Assembly: GCA_038087875.1 (NCBI GenBank)
Contig: JAXLNO010004179.1
Location: 124,001 to 188,000 of the forward strand
DNA length: 64,000 bases
From: Malacoraja senta
Lineage: Eukaryota
Direction: 5' to 3'
Shown here: piece by piece, positions 11,845 to 25,904 of the stretch
Position numbering within the stretch: position 1 is the first letter of the stretch
Layout of the letters: each line of letters opens with the position of its first letter
Notes under the pieces: generated by a model
Told to the model about the DNA's origin: nothing
Database searches by the model: none
What the model saw: only the letters and a program-made list of their open reading frames with translations
Position numbers and translations under genes: made by a program

Positions 11845-12578
11845 TGACCCACAGTCCCATTTATATCAATGGGTCAATGGTTGAAAGGGTCAAGAGCTTT
11901 AAATTCCTGGGCGTGCACATCTCTGAAGATCTTTCCTGGTCCGAGAACACTGATGCTACTATTAGGAAAGCACATCAGCGCCTCTACTGCCTGAGAAGAT
12001 TACGGAGAGTCGGTTTGTCAAGGAGGACTCTCTCTAACTTCTACAGGTGCACAGTAGAGAGCATGCTGACCGGTTGCATCGTGGCTTGGTTCGGCAACTT
12101 GAGCGCCCTGGAGAGGAAAAGACTACAAAGAGTAGTAAACACTGCCCAGTCCATCATCGGCTCTGACCTTCCTTCTATCGAGGGGATCTATCGCAGTCGC
12201 TGCCTCAAAAAGGCTGGCAGTATCATCAAGGACCCACACCATCCTGGCCACACACTCATCTCCCTGCTACCTTCAGGTAGAAGGTAAAGGAGCCTGAAGA
12301 CTGCAACGACCAGGTTCAGGAATAGCTACTTCCCCACAGCCATCAGGCTATTAAACTTGGCTCGGACAAAACTATGAACATTAATAGCCCACTATCTGTT
12401 ATTTGCACTTTATCAGTTATTTATTCATGTGTGTATATATTTATATAATGATATATGGACACACTGATCTGTTTTGTAGTCAATGCCTTCTATGTTCTGT
12501 TGTGCTGAAGCAAAGCAAGAATTTCATTGTCCTATCAGGGACACATGACAATAAACTCACTTGAACTTGAACTTGAAC
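11845..12578 (+). mobile_element. Rex1/Babar-like LINE 3' fragment
   Basis: ORF 11844..12287 contains FKFLGVHISEDLSW...AHQRLYCLRRLR...FYRCTVESMLTGCIVAWFGN...HPGHTLISLLPSGRR; 3' UTR ends AATAAA followed by a (CTTGAA)n tail. Confidence 0.85.
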
Positions 12579-15020
12579 CTTTGGGGCTCGAGACTGTTGT
12601 CCTCCTGAATGTTTTTCACCCGATCCCTCTGGGAGGTAACTGCAGGGCTGAGGGCAATGGCCACTATGACCAGCGGGGAACATGGCCATTGCTGGATGAC
12701 TGCCATAATCCCATGACAATTCTAGTCTGCACTATGATGAAACTCTGCTGCAAATACTGCCATGGAAATATCCACTTTAAAAACAGTATTAAATGGATTT
12801 AGATATACAGTAAATATACGTAGGTCGTGTAAGCATGTCAATGATTCCTTTATGAACCCAACCTCTTGATCTTATTGCATGCCATTGCTTTTGATTTATG
12901 GTCAACTGAAAACTCATCAGCATGAAAAGGTAGGTATGATACGCTACAATGCCCGACTTCCTATTTTCAAGGTTTTCTACTCATTTTCTTTTTAATTCTT
13001 ACTTATCCTTTTGTAGTATGTTAAACACATATTTATAAGCTGGCTAATCATTGCAAAATAATAGGAAGCATTAATAAAATGATTATGCTGAGAGAAGAAT
13101 GTCAAAGCAACAGTTTTAAGAATTGAATTCATGTTGTTAGTTGAAGGCCCGGTCCCCTTGGGGGTCACTGTGACATCCTTTCCCAACATGTTGATGGACA
13201 ATTTTCAAACAGATTTAGCCCCGGAACTTCTTTGAATGAGTTACGGTACACTACTAGAGCACATTATGCAGTTATGCATTATGCCATTCATCCATTTCTT
13301 TCCCTTATCGCTGTGCAAAATCACTTGTACCATTAAGACAAGATTGAATTGCCCACGAATCACCTTGTGAAAAGGGCAAAAGACAAGCATTAATTACATT
13401 AATTACCCTAATTCTGCTTGACAGTTTCATATTGCTGTAGGAACTGCTTTCTTGACCGATCTGTCAGGCACAATATAATTGTCCGTTTAAATACATTGTA
13501 GGAAAATGCACGGCAGCTTCAGTTTTTTTCTAAACAATGTCTTTTTGAAAGCAATTAGTTTTGTTGTACAGTGGGTCACAGAAGCCTGCTTCTCAATTAT
13601 GTTACTTCTATGCTAATCTACTAAAATTTCACAGTTAATTTGGTGTAACCCACTACATCCCTGGATCATATCCCTATTGCTGCATATTGAACTTAGTGAT
13701 TTTGGAGAAACAGTATTGATTTTCTGAAATTCAACAACATAATATAAATACTTATAATACATACTCAATTAGAGCAGAGTAAATGGCCAGCTGCACTGAA
13801 TATTTAATTTCAAATAACTTAGACAGAAGCAACTATGTTTTATGACAGGAAGCGGCACTGGTAATCTAGGGACCAAATGACCTAGATTGTTGACCACTTG
13901 CTTCAGGGAGCAGAGGTCTGAATGTGGAACTGGCTTTTGGGAGTAAAGCATTCTACCTTTCCGGACTGTGTGGTCAGTTTCTCAATTTTATCTCACCACA
14001 ATTTTACTACACAATCTTTCATAAATTGACATTTATATGACTGTGAAATGAGGGAGTAAGACAGATTCAGTGGAGGGCTATTAATGGGAGACAGGAAAAT
14101 ATTTTACCTTGTGCTCGATGCCTTAATTGACCTTGAAATGTTCTCTGTTGTTTCCGTTCAATGTCTTTCAATGTCACAACTACAACTTATTGATTTGCTG
14201 CTGAAGCAGGAGTTTGCAATTTAATTACAAACATGCAAATTAAAACACAGGTTTTTAAAGAGCCAGATTGCAATATTCAACATCCTGAATGTTTCCCTGA
14301 ACCAATTGGTGGCTCTTGGACAGGGGGATTTGTGCATTCATGAGTTTACAAAGCAACCAAATATTATCTGAGCAACAGGGAACCTACTCCCTTATAGTAG
14401 GGTTACATGAGATGGTGGGATGAACAGTATGGAAATCCTATTGTATGAGTGCGTTAGCATGTCCAAACAGCAATTCTACCAGCCAGGCATTGTGCAGGAG
14501 GAGGTAAACTGTGTCGTTCCATGAGAGTAAAGAAACATGACAACAAACTTTGTTCTTACATTTGCTTGTGTGTGTATCACTTTAATGCAGAGGCATGAAG
14601 TGTACATGAAGTGAGTTGACAGTTGAGATGGAGATGATATATAATACCACATTGTTAAAGCAAAAGGGTATCACTGTTACTGCAATGTGCAAAGTAGTGA
14701 GGGGTGAAAAATAGAGAAACCACTTAGTAAAACTTAGAATGTATTAATACATAATCATTATGAATGCTGCTTGCAGATAGCACACTACAAGAAACCACTT
14801 CCATTACTGATTGCAATCATGCTTAATTTTTCCAGAGTTCTTTGAATCAATGTTTATTGCTAGCTTCTTCTAGCAATAAGTTGGATTCAAAGGCTACTAT
14901 TTTGAAAGGCAAATAGCAGATCTGCATTATCTCAGTTTTACTGCATTCACAGTTCCTTTAAAATAGATGACCAGGCTGCAGATGAGCACAGGGCCGCAGC
15001 TGGATTTCTCTCTTAAAAGG

Positions 15021-15034
15021 GTAGCCATGGAAAC
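15021..15034. promoter_or_regulatory. Candidate RFX X-box
   Basis: GTAGCCATGGAAAC, one mismatch from GTTGCCATGGAAAC, in repeat-free intronic sequence. Confidence 0.35.
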
Positions 15035-15242
15035 CAAGTAGTTTTAAAATCTGTGAACAAATTAAGCTTGATTCACATAAATCATAATCAAACTGCAATC
15101 AAATAATTTTTGTTCTTAGTAAAGGAAAATTAATGAGCATCGGTGGGTGGGTAAGGTTTTGATCCTGGTGTGCGTATACATAGAACTACACTTGCAAATT
15201 CTGTCCCTCCTTATCTGGAAATCCCATGCCATTCAATCCAAT

Positions 15243-15560
15243 AGAGTGGCACAGTGGCATAGCAAGTAGAGCTACTGCCTCACAGCACCAGCAAGCTACA
15301 TTCAATTCTGACTTCTGGTGCTCCCTGTGTGGAATTAGCATGCTCTCTCTGTGACGATATAGGTTTCTTCAAGATGCTCCAATTTCCTTCCATTACCCAA
15401 AGACATGTGGGTTACTAGAGTAATTTGGCCATTGTAATTTGCTCATGGTTTGTTACTGAGTGATTGAAACAGAAGGGTATGGGAGTTGATGGGAATTTGG
15501 GGCAAATAAAGTGGGACTGGTGTGGTAACAGTGTAAATAGGTGTGTAATAATAACAGACT
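15243..15560 (+). mobile_element. V-SINE (HE1-like), diverged
   Basis: GGCACAGTGGCATAGCAAGTAGAGCTACTGCCTCACAGCACCAG tRNA-like head plus V-domain. Confidence 0.75.
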
Positions 15561-15611
15561 TGCCAGGCAGAATTCTAAGGTGAAATTGACAAGCAGAATT
15601 TTGCCCAAAAA

Positions 15612-15870
15612 CCAAAAAGCAAACTGCTGCAATAACCCAACAGGTCAAGAAGCATCAGCAAAGGCAAAGGGATAATCAATGTTTCAGGTCAGGACCCTGC
15701 ATCAGCACTGAGTGTGCAGAGAGAAGATAGCCAGTATAAAGCGGTGAGAGGGAAATGTGAGGCATAGGCTGGCAGGTGATAGATGGAAACATGTAAGGGG
15801 AAAAAAAGGCAGATGGAGTGAGGTGGAGAAGGGGAGGGGGAAGGTAGAGACAAGAGACTGGTAGGTGATT
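15612..15870 (-). mobile_element. Penelope-like 3' end remnant with degenerate HHR motif
   Basis: Minus strand GCTGATGCAGGGTCCTGACCTGAAACATTG preceded by a pyrimidine-rich 3' UTR. Confidence 0.6.
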
Positions 15871-18039
15871 GTCTCCATAAAAATGTGGTTATTTTTCGGC
15901 CGAACTCACCATTCTCCAACACCTTTTGATCAAAATTTAAATGTAGCCACAGTAATAGGGATCTATTTAATACTGCTGTAAAATGCTTTGATTTATCTGT
16001 GAATCAAATATAAAAATAACAGATTTTCAGTAGCCAGTTGTAACAAAAAGGATTTTTAAAAGACACAAATTACTGAATCAGTATCAGGGGGTTCTGTTAC
16101 TGCACACAAAAATCTACATTAACAAAAAACATGTTTTGTCTGCAGATGAACTTAAATGTTCTAAATATCTTTATTGCATTACTCTGTCGAATATGGCAGC
16201 TAATTTACTTTTTGTGCCACCTATGACTCAGATTAATTTACTTTTTAATATGATTCTAGTAGAGTACTGATGCAACTCGATTTTGTGTGACTTTCTTCCT
16301 CATAAAATGCAATTATTGAGATAATATGCTTCACTGTCAATATCTTAAGGATTATCCTCAGTGATGCATCTGAATCAGTTTCTGACATAAGGAGCGTCAG
16401 GAGGCCATTCGCTCCACTTCCCTGTGTTGGCTCACTGAAAGAATTATTCAATCCTTTCCATTTCGTCCTGAAAATGAATCTATATCAAGCATTTATCCAA
16501 TTTTCTTTTGACAATGAATGTCAACACCAATTGTTTCACTCTTTCAGACAAAACCTAAGAACCAGCTGCAAAAATATATTTTGCCTCCCTGTTCTTCACC
16601 ATCTCAATCAATATCTTTGGGTTACAGATCCCTCTGCCAGCAGAAACAGTTTATCCCTCCAGTGATCAAAATGCAGCTTAAATCTGTCCTTTGATGTGAC
16701 TCTGGCTGCTGTCTTCAGCTGCTAAAGAGGAAATCAATTGGGAAATATGGCCCAAGTGTTCTTTTACAGTGCAATGTCATCACCATAGTCAATAGGCTAT
16801 GTTATGTATGCTTATGTTATTCAAGGGAATAAATGTGACGTTATTTTCACAGGAAAATTCTTGTTCAAAAAAGAATACAAGCCCATAATCGCAGTCTCAA
16901 GAGGGTGACCCAGCTTTACATTTATTCTGGACTATCACAAGCCCTCATTACACCACTAGCCACATTAGCTAACCATCTGCATATCTAATGAGGGCACAAA
17001 TACATTTCTGAAATATTTATGCAGACTGTAGTTTTTCCTTCCAGTATTGTAGAAACTAAATTCATGCTGCCAAGTGGTTATCACTGAAGTTACAATAAAA
17101 AATACAGAGGGTTCTGGAATCAAAACCCAGGCTGATACTTCAAATATAAGCATTGAATGCTGTACAATTGAAGAGGCTTCATTAAGATGGAAATATTAAA
17201 TGAAATCTTCTCAATTTTTGGGGAGTATTAAGCATGGTTAATAAGGAACCTTACGAGGGATGGTTAAGAAAGGAAACTGGAATAGGAAAAAATGAGGAGC
17301 ACAGGATTTGAAGGAGATTTTGAAAGCTGATGGGATGTTATTGGAAAAATTGAGTTTTCGGGTTTATAAATATGTAGAGGCAGCATGTTTAGAGGTAGCA
17401 TGCAGATAATGGTTAGAAAAGGTTACCAGCCATGTCAAAGTCTGAAAGAAAATGGTAGGTTGGTGATTGTTATCAACTTCTTATAATAACAAACCCAATA
17501 CTTGCAGTTGGCATCATTCTATAGATGCCCAGTAGCAACATAAACTCTATGCACTTTTACAATGTAAAGCTCCCAGTAAAATAGGATATTAAACAGATGA
17601 CCAAAAGTTTGGACAAAGAGACATCTTTTATGGCACATCACAAAGGAAAGGAAAGTTTGAGGATGGACTTCCAAGGCATCAATTTCATGGCTTGGGCTTT
17701 TATTTAGCCGAGCTATCAGTGCCTTTACTGTCTAAAACAATGGAAGACTTATAGTACAATTATTTTAGGACTATGTCTTTTTGGCTGGCAGCAGTACATT
17801 TTATTAAACAATCAGGGAATTGTATGCCAATTTATTCTTCAGGTCATCACCAGCACAAAAGCATATCTTCAGAACTGTGGTTCTCTTTACATGTAAAAAG
17901 AAATGCCTGAGAGCATTGGATACAGCAAAGGCTACTGCTGCACACCTGTAATCCACAAACTGTCTCTACACAAGCTACAGAACTGACAATTGTCATCTAC
18001 TGTAAAAGTAGAACTTTGTGTAAGATCCTGATAAAGACA

Positions 18040-18770
18040 AATCCGTCCTCCTGACATTCTTGTTACCAGTCAACGATCAACCACCAGTAAGGTGATGGAA
18101 AGGATTGTTAATATTGTTATCAAATGCCATTACTCACTGAGCTTATTTACTGATGAACAATTTTGTTTCCCCTTGTGACTACTCAGCACCAAATCTCATT
18201 TTATATGGTCTAAACTCACGAGGCAAGCTAAGAATAACTGCCCGTGAGATCCTGGCAGTATTTGAATGAGTGTGAAGCAGCCCTGCTGAAGGGGATCAGC
18301 AGTCTGAGTCAACCTGAGTTTGGGGGAACTCTTCCCTGTCTGGAATCATTCCCAACACAGAAGATGATGGTTGTGGTTGTTGGAGGCTAATCATCTTAGC
18401 CCCAAGATATCACTGCAGGACTTTTGTGGGAGAGTGTCTTACCTCCTAGTCATCTTTAGTTGTTTTATCTTCCCTCCAACATGTTAGGCATTAATGCTTG
18501 CACTTAACTGAACCATGTTGTGATAATTACAAGTGCTCAGATAATGAAGCGTGCAGCAAGATCTGGACATATTCATTGTCACCATTGACCAGGAACATAA
18601 ATGGGCAAGCTGTGTAAATATTGTAACTGCAATTCAGAAGTTGGATATTCTGAGGTGTATGACTCAATTCATGACTCTCAAACAACTATCCACCATCATC
18701 TACAAGACAGAAATCAGAACTGTGATAGAATTCTCCCCACTCACCCAAATGAGTGAAGCTCTCCACTATC
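18040..18770 (+). mobile_element. Highly decayed CR1/L2-type RT remnant
   Basis: Degenerate motifs such as GGAAGATGATGGTTGTGGTTGTTGGAGGCTAATCATCTTAGCCCCAAGATATCACTGCAGGA, typical of old elasmobranch LINEs. Confidence 0.45.
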
Positions 18771-18818
18771 CAGATCTATTTGGACCCCTGACTCTCATCA
18801 ATCCACTAATGTAAACTT

Positions 18819-18919
18819 GGTCTGAAGAAGGGTATCGACTCGAAAAACATCGCCCTTTCCTTCTCTCCAGAGATGCTGCCTGTCCCGTTGAGTTACTCCA
18901 GCATTTTGTGTCTATTTTC
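18819..18919 (+). mobile_element. Penelope-pLTR-derived hammerhead short element with 11-bp TSD
   Basis: GGTCTGAAGAAGGGTATCGACTCGAAAAACATC...GAGTTACTCCAGCATTTTGTGTC flanked by AATGTAAACTT (18808-18818 and 18920-18930). Confidence 0.85.
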
Positions 18920-19725
18920 AATGTAAACTTCCACTCTGTTCAGCAGTGGCACATGAATATTGCAGCGTCCATCATTTACAAGTGTTTACAACTAAAGAAG
19001 AAAACTCATCACAGTTTCTCAAGGACAGTTAAAGATGGGAAATAAGTGATGGTTAATATCCCACCCATAAATAAAAAAATCACAAATGTATTAATTGTAC
19101 CTACACTTTGAAATCTGTTTATAATGCAGAAGCAGATGGATAAATCACCACATTTGGCGATGTTGACCAAACTCTGACAGCAATAACACTTCCAACAATT
19201 CATTATTTCTGAAATAGCCTGCACTGCAAAGGCACTAGCCACAGGCAACAATAATGTGCAGCAATTACTTTATATCATCAAAATGACAGCCTTTCTTTAC
19301 AAGGCTGAAGAAAACATTTATTCTTTGAAACCCAACATTAATAAAACTCTGAATTGATCTCTGGTTTGTACTGAACTTGCCATTCTAGAGTGGTTCAGGA
19401 ACACTGCAATCTATCCATAGCCCTTAATGTTAGGATGAGAAAATGTGGCCACAGTTCCTGATCCTGACTGCAATCCAGTGATCCCTACTGGAAGTGTATA
19501 AGACTAAACAAAACTGGGAAGAGGAATAAACATCTTTCTGAAATAAAAACAGAGAATGCTTCAATATTCAATAAGTCAGGAAAGAGAAACTGTGTCTTAG
19601 GTCTGAGACCCTTCAACAGAATTGGGAAAGGAGAGAAATAAATTGGTTTAGGTATTAGAAAAGCTGGGGTGGGACCGCAAGGAAAACATAGGAAAAGGAT
19701 TTGCAGGAAAAATTAATACATGTAG

Positions 19726-20765
19726 TAGGTATGTTACAAAACTTACCTTCAGTCGCGCTGTAATTCTGTCACTGGCCGTGTGCGCGATTTTGGCGCCTTT
19801 AAGGGGGGGCGGGGTTAAAACGCGGTTTCTCCTCCCTTGTCCTGAATTATATTTCGTTGGAGTACAACCTTTTGCTGAAAAATCGTTCCTAGGGGCGTTT
19901 TGTGAATTTTTTATTTTTATTAAATCGTCAATGTCAGCGCTGGAGTAATTTTAAAAGCAGCTCCTGAAGCGTCAACGCCGATAACGGGAACGGATTTCAC
20001 ACACGGGACAGGTAAACTAAAGTGGTTTCTTTAAATGTATAAAAGTGCTTCTTAAGAAGCCTATAATTCACATTTGTTCATGCGAAATGGTGATTTTATT
20101 CCCCGAACTAACGGCAGTATTTTTCATGCCAATACGGGGTTAAATTCACCGCAAATGAACGTTCCAAAAGATCGCGTTCCAGAAAACCTCACTCACAAGA
20201 TAATTTAAATGCCCATTAATTTACAGGTATTAAACATTCAATTCTTTCCATTTGGCCAGTAAATTCATGAAAATGAGATTTAAAAATTATGTTATATTGT
20301 GAATTATTGTGTGAATGTTATTTAGACACTTAGGCTATTTAAAAATGTTAATCTATTCTTAAGAAATTGATGGATGTTTAGATCTAGTAATTGAATTTTG
20401 TAATTAGCTACAATTAGGTAACTAACTAATTATATGCTTTACTTTCATGTCTTCTAAGTAAGATTGTTTCATATTTGTTTCAGAATGCTTCAATCTATAA
20501 TAACTGAAAATTTATTTCAGTTATCTTAATTTTTAAGAAAGTTATGGGCTTTTGACTGTCCTCGATCACAGCTTTTGTGTTAAGTCAATGGAAAAGCAAT
20601 AGGGAACAAGATGCTAATTTCTGAGTATGAAAATGGCCATAACTTCTTTAATACTGAAGATATGAAAGTGAATTAGGTGTCAAATTACACTTCTTTTTAT
20701 GCTTTATCTGATGGGATAAATTGCAGACTTTATTTTTAAAATCTCAAAATTTTGTAACATTGCTA
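19726..20765. mobile_element. Non-autonomous TIR DNA transposon (~1.04 kb), superfamily unassigned
   Basis: TIRs TAGGTATGTTACAAAA / TTTTGTAACATTGCTA; direct repeat CATGTAG on both sides (19719-19725, 20766-20772); interrupts a Penelope-like remnant (19540-19718, 20773-21000). Confidence 0.8.
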
Positions 20766-21564
20766 CATGTAGAAAGAAAGATCAGTTATCTAAAGTTGGA
20801 GAGATTAATATTATATGCTACAGGCTGCAACGGCCCAGAAGAAAAATAAGCTGTTATTACATTGGTCTGCACTGTAATAGTGCAGGAAGACATAGACAAA
20901 GAGGTTAGGGTTGGATGGCGAATTAAAGTGGCAACAACAGGCAGCTCAGGGTCACTCCTGTGGACCGAAGACAAGTGCTCTATGAAGCTATATCCCAATC
21001 TATTATCTGAGTCTATATATCCATGATACAAGATGCAGGAATTCATTGTACCTCTGCCTGGAATGCTAAATGGTTCACTCATAAGCTAAAGGTGTAGTTC
21101 AGATCTGCGGCCCTTGCACTTCTGTTTTATCTGCACTTTTTCTGTAAATCCAACACTATAACACTATATTCTGCACTCTGTTTTTTCTTTTCTTTTTCTG
21201 CTACTTATGTAATGGCTTCATTGTACTCATGTATTGTATGATCTGACTGGATACCATGCAAACAGATTTTTTCACTGTGTCACAGTACACATGACATTAA
21301 TAAACTAAACCTCACTGTATTTGTGCATATAACAATAAACTCATTTGACTTGATCTGCATTTGATTTCTCCAATGTAAATGACTCATTGTGAACTCTGAA
21401 TGCAGGTCACTGGATTGGTGAACATATGAGAGAGCACATATTTTCCCAGCGAACAATGAGCCATTATGGACTTCGCCTTTCATGAGGTCATCTGTTGCCG
21501 GCCGTTTTGTTCTGGCCCTTTATTATCCTCCAGTTCACTTTAATACCCCACCTCAATCTTTCAG

Positions 21565-21660
21565 CCCGAGGAAGGGTTCCGACCCGAAATGTTACTTATT
21601 CCTTTTCTCCAGAGATGCTGCCTGACCCGCTGAGTTACTCCAGTATTTTATGTCTATCAC
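21565..21660 (+). mobile_element. Penelope-pLTR-derived hammerhead-type repeat
   Basis: CCGAGGAAGGGTTCCGACCCGAAATGTTACTTATTCC...GAGATGCTGCCTGACCCGCTGAGTTACTCCAG. Confidence 0.8.
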
Positions 21661-24600
21661 CAAATTGGAAGAAGTGCAAATGAATTACACGTTTGCCTGG
21701 AAAGGCAGTTTGATTTCCAAGAGGACAGAGAGAGTTGAAAAGAGGAGAAAGAAACACCAGTCAGGTAATTGGAAAGAAACTGGTATTTCAGAATAATATT
21801 CAAAAGCTGTTCATTTACTTAAGATAGAATGCAAACCTTGACATCCAACTTGCTAAAATTAGCTCAGCTACTTTGGGACTCCACAGCAAAATAATTATTA
21901 AAATGATAAAGCATGCCGGTAATTTGCTCAAAGATCCATGCCTAATGGGACAGAAATTTGTCATGGTACAAATACTTAAAATAAATTTGTTGATGATACT
22001 AATAAAATAACTGAGAAAGGAATATATTATGGATGCATTTTAAAGTTTGAATGGTTTAAATAATAACTTCCAGTATTTTAACTTCCTCTCCCATGTGATT
22101 TAACCTTCTCCTGTGAAGGAATCCGAAACAATTTAAGAAAGTGCAGTCCAGTATCTAGCATTCATTTCAAACTTGCTTTTCGAGTGAAAATGTTATCAAG
22201 CAGATCGGCATCTTTTGTTTAAGCATGCCTCCAGTTAATGAATTTTTCATTATTTCATACCCCACAGAAATGGAAGACTTTGAAAGAGCAGGATTTTTAA
22301 TTTAATTAAACCTGCCTTGCTATATGAAAGAGTTTAGGCAGTTGGCATTGTTTTTGTCAATTCTGCATTTCATCAGCACGGTGCGTGGTATTTTTAAATA
22401 GTCAAGACTGTTCTGTAACAAAAAGGGTTAAAGTCAAGGGATGTGATTTCCACTGCTTTGTAATCTTTTCATATCAAAATATCCAGCCTAAAAACTCATA
22501 AATCCAAAATCAAATCTGAAGTCTGAAACAGAATTAAATTACTGGAAGAAGCACTGGATTGGAATTCAGAAATTAAAATATGATTGAAACAATAGATTGA
22601 AATATATACCAAAGAGGAAGTTAACACAATGTGAAAAAAAGATTTATAATAATAAAATCTGTGACACGTTAGAATACAAAACCTTTATGAAACATGCTAC
22701 CAGAAATTGACTTTGACACGATAAAATTAAACAAGAGCATTTGAGTAGGTAAGTATTGTATTACTATTTTTATTCATTCATTTTGATGACCAAAATTTAT
22801 GATTTGACAATGATTCAAATAATAATACTTTCTATCTCATATCAGCACAAAGCTGCTTTGATCAGGTATGATGCAAATCAGCAGCTCTTAGCTTAGCCCT
22901 GACAATGTACCAACTCCGGCCTAAATCCTCTGAGAAATCCCCACTGCATATTTCTTATGTTCTGAGGTAGCAGGTGATGTTCAGTTGATGACATACAAGA
23001 TTATTACATTATTTTCCATCATATGATCTGAATCTAGAGAGGCTGACAATCAAGATCTTAACTCTTACAACTCCATGCAAGGGTCAGGCAGCATGAAATA
23101 GTGCATCTCAGAAAGCCTATTCTCAGGCTGCCACATACTACACTCTGCATCTGCCTAGTTGTCTCCATTATTTTCTTCTAACTTATTGACAGTTCAGTTA
23201 CGTGATAAATCTCATACAGTAACTATTCTTTACCTATAAACTTTGAGTGAGTGTTAAAGCCTATGGGATGTAATGGTGAGGAGAGGAGGGGAGGGTGCAT
23301 CACAGTTGAACTTGCCCTGTGCACATACATATTTCAGCAGAGGTTACAGTGGCAGGCTTGTTAAGCTATTCTACTGAATCGTGCTGAAACATTTATCTGT
23401 AAGCGCTGATCCACCTATTTGCACTTACACACCCCCACCAAGCCTACAATTACCAGAATGAGTACAATCTTCCTTGAAACACTGAAAGAATAGGACACAT
23501 AGTACACCAATGTGTTACCTTCGTACCTCAGTAATTACTAGGGCTGAGAATATCTGTACAACACATCACTTCCAATCTGATCCTTATCACAGTTATGGAA
23601 TATGTTGTTCACTGCAAGCTTCTTGCCTTAATGATGGAATTTCCAAAACATCAGCGACATCCTGACCTTTTAACATCAATCTATCCTGTACCCTATATAT
23701 CTGTATCACTAATTATTGCTGCAGTTATTCACTACTGAGTATTCCATCTTGTAATAGACACTATGATTTTTTATTACCTTACTTGGACTATGCAGTCATT
23801 ATCAGCTACCTAAAAACATTGGCAGTGCAACCGAATACCACCAGTACGGCTAATTTTTTGGTTTGGCACTGATAGCAAGGTTATCGATAGCAATTACCTT
23901 GAATCATTAGTTATTAGAATTACCAGCCTTCCAGCATATTTCTGATTACATTTATATTCAATGATCCAAACAATCTACAAGAAATATCACTGGAGCATTT
24001 AAATAACTTTTTTTTTCATTTGTTTCCAATACATGTTTGTTGGTTCTAAGATAGTGGAAGTGAGGAAAAAACAATCATCCGGTCGGTGTCACAGGAATGT
24101 TGAATACTGGAAATTGTGCAACAAAGTCTCTAGGAACTGGCAAGCAGGCCAGCAGTGCATCATTAGAGAACAGCTCAGGTGGAAAAATAGCTCAAATGTC
24201 TTAACACAGAGGAGAAAGTAGATAACGGGTGAAGTAGAACCACTTGAAATTCAGGAAACCGCGAAACAACGGTTGATCGGCCAACCTTTTAGAAAGCTCT
24301 TGAAACACTGCACACAGTTGTACCCTGGAGGGATGAGATGATGATTTCCAAAAGTCAGGGGAATAGTAAGTCAACCCTATCTATGATGGGAGTGAAACCA
24401 GCAGCAGGCAAATAATGCTGAAGTTAAAGCAGAAAACAGCGTGCAATTGGAGGGCATTTGGTAGATAAAGGCACGATCACGGGAGGATGTCACTTTGGAA
24501 TCAACTTTCAGGTGATTTGAGATATGTGTTCAATTTATACTGACTGTTGGAAAGAGCTATCAACCTCTTTGAAGCATTACCATCCCAATTAACAATGGCT

Positions 24601-25904
24601 GGCCAGCAAACAGTCATCCGTGCGTGAGACCACGCAAAGCCCAGTCTTTCTCCAAAAATTCAACAGAGATGCAAGTGATTCAACTGAACTCTCAATCTTT
24701 GATTGGATTACTGTTTAAAATGTAGTCATTACTACTCCATTTGGCACAATATAATCAGCAAATTAAATTTCTCATTGAGGATATTACTGCCGAAGGCTAA
24801 ATGATTTTCACTTAGATTGTAAAAGTGAAATTACTGCAATTTGGGGAAAGTACAGTCTGCTAAGCAATGAAGCACGCCTAGTTACTCAGTGTATACCATG
24901 TTTTATTGTGCTCTGTCGCTCACGGAGACATAGTCGAATGGAAATTTTATGGAATGACCACACAACTCTTGGGTTCTTTGTTCCCGGTAAAACTCAAATG
25001 AATGGAAAGTTGTCTTGAGAGACATTATCATTTTTGCACTCACTGTTCTTGCTGCAATTAAAGACAACACTCAGACTATGGACAAAAAGAAACTTGCCAG
25101 CAGCTTTACCTCCTTGTCACAAATTTGTTGCCTTCACCGCAGGGAAAATTGTACCCTGCTGAGGGAACCAATGAGCCTACAAGCCTCCTTTTAACTACTA
25201 CTTTTCTTTCTGCTCTACTATTGTATTTGCTGGCTTTAGCTCTTTACTGTGAATTCTGCATTGGAAATCTCTTAGTTATTCATTTTGGGGAAGCAGTGGG
25301 GTAGGGGTTGGGTGCTGGAGGTGTGTGTTTGGGTGAGACAAAGGGTAGGCAGTTATATTTTCTGAACGCACTTGTGCACAAGTATTAATGCTTATAGCTG
25401 ACATGACCTAGAGAATGCATTGGCCAATGCATCAAATAAAGCCAAAACCTGGCGACTGATGCATATAGGCTCAGCGGGCTGTTTCTATGCATTGGGTACT
25501 TAATGGGGATTGTACTTATGTATGGCATAATATTATTGAACTGTATGCAAAAAAAGAATCCCACTGTACCTTGGTACACGTGAAGAACCATTGATAGATG
25601 AGACACATTGATAGCCTCCCATCAAGAAAACCTGAGAGTCTTGAGCATATATTGACAAGTGTGAAATAAAATATGATTTTAGATTTAACCTATGCAATTC
25701 TATTAAAGGTTTTGTATTACTCTTTTAATTTTTTTTTCAGTATTTTGGAATGAATCCTCAGAGGCCTTATAACCTTTTTGGATGTGTATTATGAGATTTG
25801 AGCAAAGGCTTTCACTTAAGCTATTAAAACCTTGTATAAAATTGAATCATTTATGCCACAGAAAGGGCACTTTTCCAATGCTTAAAACTGTCAATTTCCA
25901 TGTC

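Noticed and set aside
12863-12921. Minus-strand stretch DEFSVDHKSKAMACNKIK followed by AG|GT, superficially spaced like the next PCDH19 exon (TENYSFDSNYVNSRAHLIK)
   Set aside because: There is no AG acceptor at the required position and identity is too low for a highly conserved exon; no downstream pcdh19 exon was found in the window.
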